Source: Gemmatimonadales bacterium
Lineage (GTDB): Bacteria > Gemmatimonadota > Gemmatimonadetes > Gemmatimonadales > GWC2-71-9
Length of the DNA stretch: 64,000 bases
Reading direction: 5' to 3'
Assembly (NCBI GenBank): GCA_039794085.1
Contig: JBDIWC010000015.1
Location: 1 to 64,000, forward strand
Below, piece after piece: positions 40,067 to 49,578 of the stretch (position 1 is the stretch's first letter; the number at the start of each line of letters is the position of its first letter). A model generated the notes under the pieces. It worked only from the letters and a program-made list of their open reading frames with translations. It did no database searches and was not told the DNA's origin. The translations under genes and the position numbers were made by a program.

Positions 40067-42476
40067 GATCCACCCCCCCGATGGGTTCATCCCGGGCGGC
40101 GGACACCCCTCGCGACACATCATGCGAGATCCGGATGACCCGGTCCACTCCCTCGCGCACTCCCTCAATGTGGGTGATGAGAATGACCTGGGGAAACCGA
40201 TCGGCCAGGGACCGCAACAGTTCCAGCACGGCACCCCGCCGGTCCTCATCGAGGGACCCGAAGACTTCGTCCAGGACGAGGAGGGAGAGGGGCTGCCCCG
40301 CCCGTTCCGCGATCATCTGGCTGATGGCGAGCCGGAGGGCAAGATTCGCCAGATCCTCCTCCCCTCCGGAGATCACCTCGAGGGGAACCCCGTCATCGAT
40401 GATCGTGGCGACGTAGTCCTCGGTCAGTTCCAGGTCGGTGTAGCGACCTCCGGTCAGGTCGCGCAGGAAGGTGGACGCGATGTCCGAGAGGTCGGGGCGC
40501 AAGGTCGCGTTGAGGTCGGTGCGGAGGTCGGTCAGGGCCCGGTCGAGCTCCTGGTTGAGCAACAGCTCCGACGCCACCCGCTCCCGTTCCCGAAGCCGCT
40601 CCTCCCGCTCCACGCGCCGCTCCCTCACTCGGGCCACCTCCGTCGCGGCGGCCTGGCGCTCCCCCTCGGCCCGGGTCCGGGCCAGTTCCGCCTCGCGATG
40701 ATCCTTCGCCGCCGCGCTCGCGTGGTCCCGGGCCGCCGCGTAGACCTCCGGACTCCATCCCAAGGACTCCAGCCGTCCGCGCAACGTCCGTTCCTCCGCC
40801 TCGTGGGTGCTCAACCGGGCTTCCGCCTCCGTCATCGCCGCAGTGAGCCGTTCGGCGCGTTCGGAAGCCGCCCGCAGCCGCTCGGCTTGGAGCACCACCG
40901 GCTCGAGCTCCGCGAACCGGCCCCGGAGCGCGGCATGGGCATCTGCGTCGTAGGCGATCTCCTCGGCGCCCGCGCCGACGGCCAAGGTGGCGATCCGAGC
41001 CATTACCGTCTCCCGTTCCCGGGTGGTGGTCTCGCGATCCTGCGCCGCGCGTTCGAGCCGTCCCAGGTCGGTCTGGAGCCGGGCCACGTCGGCCTCCACG
41101 CGAGCGCGTTCGGTTTCCGCGGTCTCCAGTTCCGCCGGCTCGCGGGAGAGCTGCTCCACGCGCTGGGCAAAGTACCGGCCATTGGTGGTGACCTCGCCCA
41201 TCTGACGATCGAGCACCGCCAGCACCTCGGCATACTCCCGGCCCAGGGGACGGTTGCACGTGGGACACGCCCCCTCCGGCCCCGCTTCCTGGAGGCGCTG
41301 GCGCTGGTCCTTGATGTCATTGTAGTGGTCGAGCAACTGCTGGCGACGGGTCATGGCTTCCGACCGATCGCTGATCCACGTGGACCGGAGACGCGCGGCG
41401 CGCTCCGTCGCCTCCGCAGCCTCGCGGCGGCGCGCCGCGAGGGTCTCGCGCGCCTCGATCAGGGCGGTCACCGCCGGAAGCGCCTCCAGGCGGGCCTCGA
41501 GCTTCCCCTGGTGGGCCCGCAGCATCTCGAGCTCCGCGCGCTCGGCATTCCGGGCATTGTACGCCGCGGCCCGGCGGTCAAGTTCGCGGAGTTCCTCGCG
41601 CAGGGGCGGCACGGTCTCGAGTTGCGGGCGGAGTTCATCGTACCGGGTCCGGGCCGTGATCGCTTCCGCGAGTTCGAGGTCGAGTGCCGAGCAGCGGGCC
41701 CGGGCGTCACCGACCTGGTGTTCGGCCACACGGAGATCACTTTCCAGAGTACGGACCTGCTCCTGGAGGGCCTGCAGCTCCTCCCACCGGGGGCGGGCCA
41801 GGGCCAGGGCTTCCTCGGCCTGGGCCAAGGCGGCTCGGGCCGCCGCCAGGCGGGACTCCGCCTGGGCGAGTCGCTCGGCGCCGTCGCGTTCCTCGGCGTC
41901 GAGCTGGGCGGCGTCGGGAATCGTGCTGGTGATCACCTCCAGACGCGCCCGCAGGCCGGCCCGCTCCTCCCGCAGAATGTCCTGGGCCCGGCGGAGCCGT
42001 TCATACCCCATCACCCGGGACAGGAACCGGGCCCGCTCGGCCGGCGGCGTGGCCGACAGGATGGCCAGCTCCTTCTGGCCCGTGAAATAGGTGTTGAAGA
42101 ACTCCTCGCGTGACATGCCGAGAAGCCGGGTGACCCGCTCACTGACCGCCCCGAGGGAATTGGCGACCGGTTCGCGGGCTCCATCCTGATAGAGCTCCGC
42201 CCCGTGCAACGATCGCGTCACCCGATACTCATGCGCCCCGACCCCGAACTCCGCCACCACCTCCACGCGGGATCGGGCGGGAGCCCCGCGCCGCCGGATC
42301 GAGTCCCGGGTCCCGCGCGCGGCCGACGTCCCATAGAGCGCCCACGCGAGCGCCTCCAACAGCGTGCTCTTCCCCACGCCGTTCGGACCGATGATCCCGG
42401 TGACCCCCAGACCAAACTCCAGGTCGGTGTCCTCGTGCTGCCGGAAATTCCGCAACTGGAGGCGATGGAGACGCAT
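40053..42476 (-). CDS. sbcC: Rad50/SbcC SMC-like ATPase
   Basis: Walker A GPNGVGKST, coiled coils, Zn-hook CPTC, signature ISGGE, Walker B LVLDEVFGSLD, LITH. Confidence 0.95.
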   Translation of the reverse strand: MRLHRLQLRNFRQHEDTDLEFGLGVTGIIGPNGVGKSTLLEALAWALYGTSAARGTRDSIRRRGAPARSRVEVVAEFGVGAHEYRVTRSLHGAELYQDGAREPVANSLGAVSERVTRLLGMSREEFFNTYFTGQKELAILSATPPAERARFLSRVMGYERLRRAQDILREERAGLRARLEVITSTIPDAAQLDAEERDGAERLAQAESRLAAARAALAQAEEALALARPRWEELQALQEQVRTLESDLRVAEHQVGDARARCSALDLELAEAITARTRYDELRPQLETVPPLREELRELDRRAAAYNARNAERAELEMLRAHQGKLEARLEALPAVTALIEARETLAARRREAAEATERAARLRSTWISDRSEAMTRRQQLLDHYNDIKDQRQRLQEAGPEGACPTCNRPLGREYAEVLAVLDRQMGEVTTNGRYFAQRVEQLSREPAELETAETERARVEADVARLQTDLGRLERAAQDRETTTRERETVMARIATLAVGAGAEEIAYDADAHAALRGRFAELEPVVLQAERLRAASERAERLTAAMTEAEARLSTHEAEERTLRGRLESLGWSPEVYAAARDHASAAAKDHREAELARTRAEGERQAAATEVARVRERRVEREERLRERERVASELLLNQELDRALTDLRTDLNATLRPDLSDIASTFLRDLTGGRYTDLELTEDYVATIIDDGVPLEVISGGEEDLANLALRLAISQMIAERAGQPLSLLVLDEVFGSLDEDRRGAVLELLRSLADRFPQVILITHIEGVREGVDRVIRISHDVSRGVSAARDEPIGGVDHAAA

Positions 42477-43654
42477 CAGGTCTCCTCCCGGTCGTCCTGC
42501 ACCCGGGCCAGGAGTTCCAGGCCCCGCGCAAGAACCGTGTCGCGATCGAGTTCCGCCGGCAGGGGGCGCTGCCGCAGGTACTCCTCCAGGAGCTCGGGAA
42601 GGGCCTGGCGCCGTCCCGCCGGACCGACTCCCACCAGGCCGGGTTGCACCGGCCGGCGCAGGTCGAGCCGGTAGTGAAGGGCCCGGGCCTTGGCCTGGCG
42701 AATGAAGGCGTGGTCGAGATCCCGGGCCACATGCCGGGGGATCCCCTCCACCACCTGGCGCACGAGATCATCCGCTCCCCCATTCGGCAGCCCCTCCACC
42801 TGCGCGCGAAGGAGAAGGTCCACTTCGGCGGGGGTGCGATCGGTGGCATCGATGACGGGGAGGTCATGCACCCGCCGGACCGGGGTGAGGAACTGCGGCG
42901 TGACGTCTCCGGTCTCCAGATCAACCAGAATCCACCCTTTCCCCGGGAGGTGGCGCGCCGTCTCGTCCCGCCGCTCGCCCCAGGGGTTCGTGGTCACATA
43001 GTCGAGGGCCCCCGAATACCAGATCCGCCCGGCCACCTGATGCATCACGTGGTAGTGGCCGAGGGCCACGTAGTGCCACGCCTCGGCTCCGAGGTCGGAG
43101 GCCTTCAGTACACCGGCACCGGGGTCGGCCGGGGAGCGGTCCGTGGGATAGGTCCCTTCGATCTCCCCGTGGAGCGCAAGCACCTGATACCGGGCGGACG
43201 ACCCGGGAGCCAGCACGGGCCGCTCCGGTCCCATCAGGGCCTGATGCGGCACCGCCAGCACCTCCAGATCGAGATGGGGGTAGACGAGCCGCCTCGCCTC
43301 GTCGGTGGCCACATCAATGCCGGCGGCTTCGAACAGTCGGAAGATGGTGCCGGTTTCGACGGACCGCGGCGTGTCGTGGTTTCCGGCCAGCAGGATGATC
43401 GCCGCCTCGGGAAGCGCCTCGCGAAGCCGTTGCATCTGCTGAAAGGCGAACACAATCGCCGCGTTCGGGGGACGCACGGTGTGGAAGAGATCTCCCGCCA
43501 CCACGACCACGTCAGGCCGCACCTCAAGCAGAGCGTCCACGACCGCCCGGAAGGCCGTGGCGACATCGGCCTCCCGCTGGTTCAACCCCGATGCGGTCTG
43601 CCGGTAGTACTGCCGGTAGCCGAGGTGCGTATCAGCGAAATGCGCGAGACGCAC
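42476..43654 (-). CDS. sbcD: Mre11/SbcD metallophosphoesterase nuclease
   Basis: AHFADTHLG, VAGDLFH, AGNHD, LALHG, YVALGHYH, YSGAL. TGATG overlap with rad50. Confidence 0.95.
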   Translation of the reverse strand: MRLAHFADTHLGYRQYYRQTASGLNQREADVATAFRAVVDALLEVRPDVVVVAGDLFHTVRPPNAAIVFAFQQMQRLREALPEAAIILLAGNHDTPRSVETGTIFRLFEAAGIDVATDEARRLVYPHLDLEVLAVPHQALMGPERPVLAPGSSARYQVLALHGEIEGTYPTDRSPADPGAGVLKASDLGAEAWHYVALGHYHVMHQVAGRIWYSGALDYVTTNPWGERRDETARHLPGKGWILVDLETGDVTPQFLTPVRRVHDLPVIDATDRTPAEVDLLLRAQVEGLPNGGADDLVRQVVEGIPRHVARDLDHAFIRQAKARALHYRLDLRRPVQPGLVGVGPAGRRQALPELLEEYLRQRPLPAELDRDTVLARGLELLARVQDDREET

Positions 43655-43680
43655 GCGACACCAGCGCGAAGGGGGCTCGA

Positions 43681-45642
43681 TCAGGAGGCATAGGGATCGG
43701 GGTCGGACCGGATCGGGCGGACTCCGCGCCGGGGAGCCCGGGCCTCGGGGACCACATGGGTTCCGAGGCATCCGATGAACCAGGCCAGAGGATCCTCGGG
43801 CCGGTGCCTCCGGGTGGAATGAAGCGCCGCCCGCACGTCCTCCGGCCGGTGTCCCTCCACGACGTCGCGGACCCGGTCGGTCCGGATCGCCGGGTCAAGG
43901 GAGCGAAGCCCGGCCGCGATGGCGTCGGCAAAGGGGAGCTCGGCGGCGGGAGGAAACCGATCCACTCCCTCCCGGCCGGAGAGCATGGCGGGACGGGGGA
44001 ACCGGACGAAGACGGGCTGCGTGAAGTGGGGGTGACGGATCATGAGCTCACCCTTGGGCAAGGCCGCCAGCTTCGCCTTGGTGGCGAGGGAGAGGGTTCC
44101 GTAGCCGGCCATCGCCAGCTCATCGGCGTCCATGCGCCCATAGAGCGCCGTGCCCGCGTTTCCCACCACCCGGCGATGCACCTGAGAGCGAAACTGCTGC
44201 GCGGAGAAGAGCACGAGACCAAGATACCGCCCCCGTTCGGAGAGATCGAGGAGCATCTTGCGCACGTAGGTGTCGGGGCCATCGCCGGGAGCATACTTGT
44301 TGAGCTCGTCAACGAAGACGATGACATGGTCCACGCCCAATGTCCGTCGCTCCAGATGCTCCCGCAGCTTCGACACCACGCGGGCAAAGACCAGATCCTG
44401 GGCCAGGGGGTCGAGACCCGCCACGTCGACGGTGTAGGCCGCCCGGTCCGTGAACGCCCCCCAGGGAAGATCGTTCACTTCGCCATCATCGGTGACGAGG
44501 CCCTTGGCGCGGGTGCTGATGTTGCCCAGCCGGTTCCGCACCTTGCGGATGGTGGCGATGTGATGGGTACGCCAGACCTCGCCTCCGCGCCCGAGCGCCT
44601 CCATCCAGTCGAAGATGGCGCGGAAGAAGACCTCGAGATCGGCGAAGCTCTGGACCCGGAACGGCGCCTCGCGGAGGGCGTCGTCCCGGTACTCGTGACC
44701 CACCACGCGCTCGGCCAGGAAATTGATGAAGGCGTCGGCCTTGGCATCGATGTCATCCCGGTTCATCAGCACTTCGGCGTAATCGAGCACCTCCCGCAGT
44801 CCCCAGACCAGGGGCTCGGTGCGGGAGGCCAGGGCCTCGTGGGTACGCAGGGTATTGAGATTGACCCCATCGGCCTTGTACGGGGCATAACAGCGGAAAT
44901 CGGCCAGGGGGACCGGGGAGAGCCCGAGCCGGTCGTAAATGCGCCGGTCGGCATCGGTGAGGGGCCCCGGCTGGTCGAGGAAGCAGAGGTCGGGGCCCTT
45001 CACGTTGAAGCAGAGGGCGGCGACGGAGCCCTTGGCGGCGGGGAAGGTCTGGAAGATGCTGGTGAGGAGGAACTCGACCGCGCTGGTCTTGGTGGCGAGG
45101 CCGCTCACGCCGGTGATGTTCAGATGGGCGGCCTCGGGGCCGAGGAGGAACTCCGCATCGAGGTAGACGGGAGCCTCGATCCCTCCGGCGGCGTAGAGCC
45201 CGACCGGGATGCCGGTCGAGGCGTCGCCCGTGGCATAGGCATCCATGCGGAGGGACACCATCACGTCGGTGTCCGAGGCGAGGTACACGGCGCCGAGGGG
45301 GACGGGCTGCAGCGGCTCCTCGGGCTCCTGCCGGAGGACGGCGGCGGCATAGAGCCGGATCTCGCTCCGGGCGGTCGGGGCGTCCGGTCCCGCCGGGTCA
45401 CCCTCCGCCGCGATGACCGCGTCGAGTGCAGTGGGAAGATCGGACCAGGCAAATCCGTCGGTGACAACGCCGTACACCGTGCGGCCCCCGCTCTCGGCCC
45501 GCACGATGGCCCCGATCCCCACGGGGGAGGTGGTCGCGGTCCAGAAGAAGAACTGGTGGGGCGTACTGGGCCGGAGTTCGGTGGCCACCACCTGGCCGAT
45601 CGGCGGGGAGACCGCTCCCGGAGGGGATTCCGGCATGGTCAT
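43681..45642 (-). CDS. herA: HerA-family ATPase / DNA translocase
   Basis: N-terminal HAS-barrel-like region, HLNITGVSGLATKTS (Walker A variant), FNVKG, IVFVDELNKYA, ERGRYLGLVLFSAQQ, LPKGE. Confidence 0.88.
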   Translation of the reverse strand: MTMPESPPGAVSPPIGQVVATELRPSTPHQFFFWTATTSPVGIGAIVRAESGGRTVYGVVTDGFAWSDLPTALDAVIAAEGDPAGPDAPTARSEIRLYAAAVLRQEPEEPLQPVPLGAVYLASDTDVMVSLRMDAYATGDASTGIPVGLYAAGGIEAPVYLDAEFLLGPEAAHLNITGVSGLATKTSAVEFLLTSIFQTFPAAKGSVAALCFNVKGPDLCFLDQPGPLTDADRRIYDRLGLSPVPLADFRCYAPYKADGVNLNTLRTHEALASRTEPLVWGLREVLDYAEVLMNRDDIDAKADAFINFLAERVVGHEYRDDALREAPFRVQSFADLEVFFRAIFDWMEALGRGGEVWRTHHIATIRKVRNRLGNISTRAKGLVTDDGEVNDLPWGAFTDRAAYTVDVAGLDPLAQDLVFARVVSKLREHLERRTLGVDHVIVFVDELNKYAPGDGPDTYVRKMLLDLSERGRYLGLVLFSAQQFRSQVHRRVVGNAGTALYGRMDADELAMAGYGTLSLATKAKLAALPKGELMIRHPHFTQPVFVRFPRPAMLSGREGVDRFPPAAELPFADAIAAGLRSLDPAIRTDRVRDVVEGHRPEDVRAALHSTRRHRPEDPLAWFIGCLGTHVVPEARAPRRGVRPIRSDPDPYAS

Positions 45643-46601
45643 GGAGTGTGTCCGCGGGATTCCAGGTAACGCTCCACCGCCCGCATGCCGTAGAGCTGAC
45701 GATCCCACCGGCGATCCGGCGTGCTCAGGGGGGCGCGTTCCGCAAGAATCCAGCGTGATATTTCATCTACCCTGCGGGCCGTCTCCTCTCCGGGCGCCGC
45801 CTCGATCCGCACCAGCCCATGGAACGGGTCCCGCCCTTCCCAGGCCCGGAGCCGCAACCCCCAGGACCAGACCGGGGCCACCCGGCGCGACGCCGGCTGG
45901 AAGATCGAGGTGCGGTGTCCCACCGGTAGCGCGAGGTACCGGTGCAGCGCGGGGCCCTCGAACGGAAGCGTCGCGTGACTCTTGGCGACACCGATCATCC
46001 GTCCATCCGCGGCCCAGGCGGGGCTTTCGGCGAGGGAACCGTCCACCACCATCCAGTCCCGGTGCCGTCGCCGGAACGCGTCTCCCACCTCCACCTCCAG
46101 AGTTCCGCGATGCTGGTCGAGAACCGCCCGGGCCCGGTCGAGATCCCGGGCGGCATGGGGGATCTCCTCGGCGTCCAGCGTGATTCGGTCGAACCCGTCG
46201 AGAGCCGTTCCCGCCGCGGCGAGGACCGCTTCCCGGGCAATGGCGAGCCGCCGAACGCGGACCTCCGCCGCCCGCAGGATCCTCCCCTCCCGGCGAAGCA
46301 CCGCGGCGGCCGCCGTGCCGATCACCAGCGGAAGCGGGCCGTCATAGGCCACGACCCGGTGGCGCTGGATGCCATCGAGAAAGGCCACATCTTCCGGACA
46401 GACAACCGGGAAACCACACTCATACCAGACCAGTTCCGGGTCGTGCACCAGGCGAGCGGGCCGGACGGCGGCGTCCTCCGCGCGGCCCAGGCCACCGGCG
46501 CTCCCGTCGGCAACGGGGACCAGGCCGCGGGCCGCGAGCTGCCGGCGCAGGCGAGCCAGGACAGGCGGAGAGGGCTCCGCAGCCGGGGCGATCACTCCCA
46601 C
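45639..46601 (-). CDS. nurA: NurA-like nuclease (RNase H fold)
   Basis: VAFLDGIQ, LEVEV, WMVVDGSL, IGVAKSH, W.LRLR, GLVRIE, LYGMRAVERYL. ATGA overlap with herA. The start is the GTG at 46601 or 46595. Confidence 0.8.
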   Translation of the reverse strand: MGVIAPAAEPSPPVLARLRRQLAARGLVPVADGSAGGLGRAEDAAVRPARLVHDPELVWYECGFPVVCPEDVAFLDGIQRHRVVAYDGPLPLVIGTAAAAVLRREGRILRAAEVRVRRLAIAREAVLAAAGTALDGFDRITLDAEEIPHAARDLDRARAVLDQHRGTLEVEVGDAFRRRHRDWMVVDGSLAESPAWAADGRMIGVAKSHATLPFEGPALHRYLALPVGHRTSIFQPASRRVAPVWSWGLRLRAWEGRDPFHGLVRIEAAPGEETARRVDEISRWILAERAPLSTPDRRWDRQLYGMRAVERYLESRGHTP

Positions 46602-46606
46602 CGGCC

Positions 46607-47815
46607 TCAGGCCCCGGGCACGGGGAGACCGGCCCGGGCCAGGAAGGGAATGACCCGGTCCAGGGCACGGGTCAGCTCGGCCTCGGACACCGCGAAGCTG
46701 AGGCGGACCCAGCGGTCGTCCCCGAAGGCGTCGCCCGGGACGGTACTGACCCCGGCTTCCTCCAGCAGGCGCTGACAGAAGGTCTGTCCGGTCATTCCGT
46801 CTCCCACGCCATCGACCCGGAAGAAGAGGTAGAAGGCGCCGTGAGGCTCCACGAACTCGATTCCCGGTGCCTCGCGCCGGAACCGCTCGACGATCAGGTC
46901 GCGCCGGCGGTGGAAGGCCTCGGTCATCCGCTGGACCTCGCGTTCCACCTTGTCGTCGGCGAAGGCGGTGGCCGCGGCCCACTGGGCGGGATGGTTGGCC
47001 CCCGTGGTGGTGTGGGACTGCAGGGCATCCATGGCCTTCACCAGGTCCGGGGGCGCCCACGCGGCTCCGATCCGCCAGCCCGTCATCGCATAGGCCTTGC
47101 TCGCCCCGGTGATCACCACGACGCGCTCCAGCAGCTCGTCGGGAAGATCGAGCAGGGACGGGGCGGCTCCGGATCCGAAGTAGATCCGCCGATAGATCTC
47201 GTCCGCGATGATCCAGATCCCGTGCGTCGCCGCCCAGGTGGCGATGGCCTTGAGTTCGCTCAGGGTGTACACCGACCCGGTCGGATTGTTCGGAGAACAG
47301 AGGATGAGGCCGCGCACCAGGCGATCCGTCTTTCGCTCCAGGTCGGCCACTCCCACCTTGAGGCCCCATTCCGGGTCGCCGGGCACGGGGACGGGCTCGG
47401 CCCGGGCCAGGCGCACAATCTGCGGATAGGACACCCACGCGGGCGAGGGGATCAGGACCCGGTCCTTCGGTCCGAAGAGGGAGAAGCAGGCATTGAAGAG
47501 GGACTGCTTCGACCCGGAGCTGATCATGACGCGCGCGGGGTCGACCGGCCGTCCGCCGGAAAGCCGGGAGAGGTTCCGGGCCACCGCGTGTCGCAGGGGA
47601 TCGATGCCGAGGTTGGGCGGGTAGCGGGTGTGGCCCTTCTGGATGGCCTGGATCGCGGCCTGGACCACGGGGCCCGGGGTATCGAAGTCGGGTTCCCCCA
47701 CGCCGAGGTCGATGATGTCCTCCCCCGCGTCCTTCCGCCGGCGCGCCTCGCGGCTCAGGGCGATGGTGGTCGAGGAGACGAGGTAGGCCAGATTCTGGGA
47801 CAGTGCGTCGGGCAT
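46607..47815 (-). CDS. PLP-dependent aminotransferase class I/II (AspC-like)
   Basis: GVGEPDFDTP, SPNNPTG, IIADEIY, GASKAYAMTGWRIG, PHGAFY, WVRLSFA. Confidence 0.95.
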   Translation of the reverse strand: MPDALSQNLAYLVSSTTIALSREARRRKDAGEDIIDLGVGEPDFDTPGPVVQAAIQAIQKGHTRYPPNLGIDPLRHAVARNLSRLSGGRPVDPARVMISSGSKQSLFNACFSLFGPKDRVLIPSPAWVSYPQIVRLARAEPVPVPGDPEWGLKVGVADLERKTDRLVRGLILCSPNNPTGSVYTLSELKAIATWAATHGIWIIADEIYRRIYFGSGAAPSLLDLPDELLERVVVITGASKAYAMTGWRIGAAWAPPDLVKAMDALQSHTTTGANHPAQWAAATAFADDKVEREVQRMTEAFHRRRDLIVERFRREAPGIEFVEPHGAFYLFFRVDGVGDGMTGQTFCQRLLEEAGVSTVPGDAFGDDRWVRLSFAVSEAELTRALDRVIPFLARAGLPVPGA

Positions 47816-47898
47816 CAATCTCCCCGGTCAAGGCGACAGTGGTGAGAGGGAAGGAACCCCGAAACCTTTCGAGCCACCCGCCGGAAGTCAATGCGGGG

Positions 47899-47929
47899 AA
47901 GTTCGAAGTTTGAAGTTTGAAGTTTGAAG
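47899..47929 (+). repeat. (GAAGTTY)n heptamer array
   Basis: gaagttcgaagtttgaagtttgaagtttgaag, the same unit as 28725-28748. Confidence 0.8.
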
Positions 47930-47994
47930 GGGCCCGCGCTACTTTTCCGCCCATCGTCGGAACGTGAACACGCTGTTTGAGAATCGAGGGGCCC

Positions 47995-49518
47995 GTGTCG
48001 GACTGTGTGGAACTGCATCTCGCGCCTGAGGAAGGCGCGGCGCTCGTCGCGTCGGGATGGCCGCTCTCTCTCCCCGCCGTGCGCCAGACAACCCCCGTTG
48101 CCGCTCGCGGGAAGCCGCTCGTGGTCCTGACACCCCCCGCTCCGGGTGGTGCCGCCCCGGCCCTGGCCGGCGTGGCCGCCTGGCTCCGTCACACGGAGAC
48201 CCGCGGGCTGATGCTGGTTCCCGACGCATCCCTCGACGCCTGGTCCCCTCTCCTCGGCACGCTCTGCTCCGGCACCCCCACGCACTGGTCGGTGATCCGC
48301 TCGGCCTCCGGACGAGGCCGTCGTCTCGCCCGGATCCCCGGTCCCCAGCTTCTCGTCACCACCGCCACCACCGCTCTCCAGCTCCACGCGGAGTCGGCGC
48401 TCGATCCCGCGACCCTTGGCGCCCTCGTTCTGGTCTGGCCCGAACAGTGGGATCACGAGACGCTCCTGCCACCGCTCCTGCAGGAGTTGCCCGAGGCCGC
48501 CTCACGCACCATGATCACCACCGCGTCGGCCTCCGCGGCGGACCTCGCGACCCGGTACTTCCATCGAGCCGCCACCATCGGAAACGATCCGGTGACCGGC
48601 GCGGAGTCGACGCTCCCCGCCGCCCAACTGGCCTCGGTGCCGTGGGGGGACCGGATCAGAGCGTGTGCCCATCTCCTCGAAATCACAGACCCCTCCACGG
48701 CCGTGATCTGGACGGCGGACACCACCCACCACGCCGCCCTGCATGCGGTGTTGACGGCGGGAGGGCTCCTGTCACCCGGGACCGATCCCGCCCATGCCAG
48801 CCGGATCATCGTGGGTGACGACGAGCCGGGCCCGACCGATCTGGTCATCGGATTCGATCTTCCGACGCGTGAGCAACTGGGATGGTGGGCCCCGGCGGGC
48901 CGGATCGTGCTCCTGAGTCCCCCGGGCACCGAAGGGTGGAGCCGGCGACTCGCCCCGTCCGCGACCCCACTCGACGCCGGCACCGACGTGTCCGCCGCCC
49001 TGCAGTCGGCGCACGGCCGGCGAGCCGAACTCCGGCAGATCCTGCAGACCACGGACCTGGAACCCACCCTGCTGGAACTCGCTCCCCTCTTCGAGCAGTA
49101 CGGTGCCCCGCGCGTGGCCGCCGCCCTCGCGGTGGCTGGCCGGCGCTCCGCAGCCGCGCCTCCGATCTCCTCGCCCACTTCGGCGTCCCCGGCACGGCCT
49201 GCGAGCCGCAGCGGATCGGAGGACCAGCGAATCTGGATTGGAGCGGGACGCAAGGACGAGGTGACCGCCAATGACATCGTCGGTCTGCTCACCCGGGAAC
49301 TCGGCGTGGAGCGGTCGTCCATCGGCCGCATCGAGCTGCGGGACACTTTCAGTCTGATCGAGTTCGCGGGGGACGCCGTCGGCCTGGCGGACCGGATCAC
49401 CGGCAAGAGCATCCGGAAGCGGCGGCTGGTGGCCCGGCTCGACCGGGGGGCGGGACCCCCGCGCCGTTCCGCCGGGCCGACCGGGCCGGGATCGCGGGAC
49501 CGGGGTCCCAAACGCTAA
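47995..49518 (+). CDS. Degenerate DEAD-box-like protein with C-terminal DbpA RNA-binding domain
   Basis: C-terminal RIWIGAGRKDEV..NDIVG......V....IGRIEL...FSLIEF..ITGKSIR.RRLVA. The N-terminal region keeps DEAD-box motif spacing but lacks the catalytic residues. Start uncertain. Confidence 0.75.
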   Translation: MSDCVELHLAPEEGAALVASGWPLSLPAVRQTTPVAARGKPLVVLTPPAPGGAAPALAGVAAWLRHTETRGLMLVPDASLDAWSPLLGTLCSGTPTHWSVIRSASGRGRRLARIPGPQLLVTTATTALQLHAESALDPATLGALVLVWPEQWDHETLLPPLLQELPEAASRTMITTASASAADLATRYFHRAATIGNDPVTGAESTLPAAQLASVPWGDRIRACAHLLEITDPSTAVIWTADTTHHAALHAVLTAGGLLSPGTDPAHASRIIVGDDEPGPTDLVIGFDLPTREQLGWWAPAGRIVLLSPPGTEGWSRRLAPSATPLDAGTDVSAALQSAHGRRAELRQILQTTDLEPTLLELAPLFEQYGAPRVAAALAVAGRRSAAAPPISSPTSASPARPASRSGSEDQRIWIGAGRKDEVTANDIVGLLTRELGVERSSIGRIELRDTFSLIEFAGDAVGLADRITGKSIRKRRLVARLDRGAGPPRRSAGPTGPGSRDRGPKR

Positions 49519-49542
49519 CGGGCCGCCCAGCGGGGCGGCCCG
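49519..49542. terminator. GC hairpin between convergent genes
   Basis: CGGGCCGCCC-agcg-GGGCGGCCCG, with no clear U-tract. Confidence 0.5.
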
Positions 49543-49578
49543 TAGAACAGCGATTGGCCGGGTTGCCCCGGGTGTGTC

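Noticed and set aside
40053..46601. Wadjet, Lamassu or Sir2-HerA type defence system
   Set aside because: The partners are an Mre11-type phosphoesterase and a NurA-like nuclease, with no kleisin/KITE/Toprim or Sir2 genes, and the context is housekeeping. Repair is more parsimonious, though defence is not excluded.
45639..47954. 771-aa ORF as a single protein
   Set aside because: Its N-terminal ~450 aa is an alternative frame over the aminotransferase gene. Only the part from ~46601 has NurA-like motifs.
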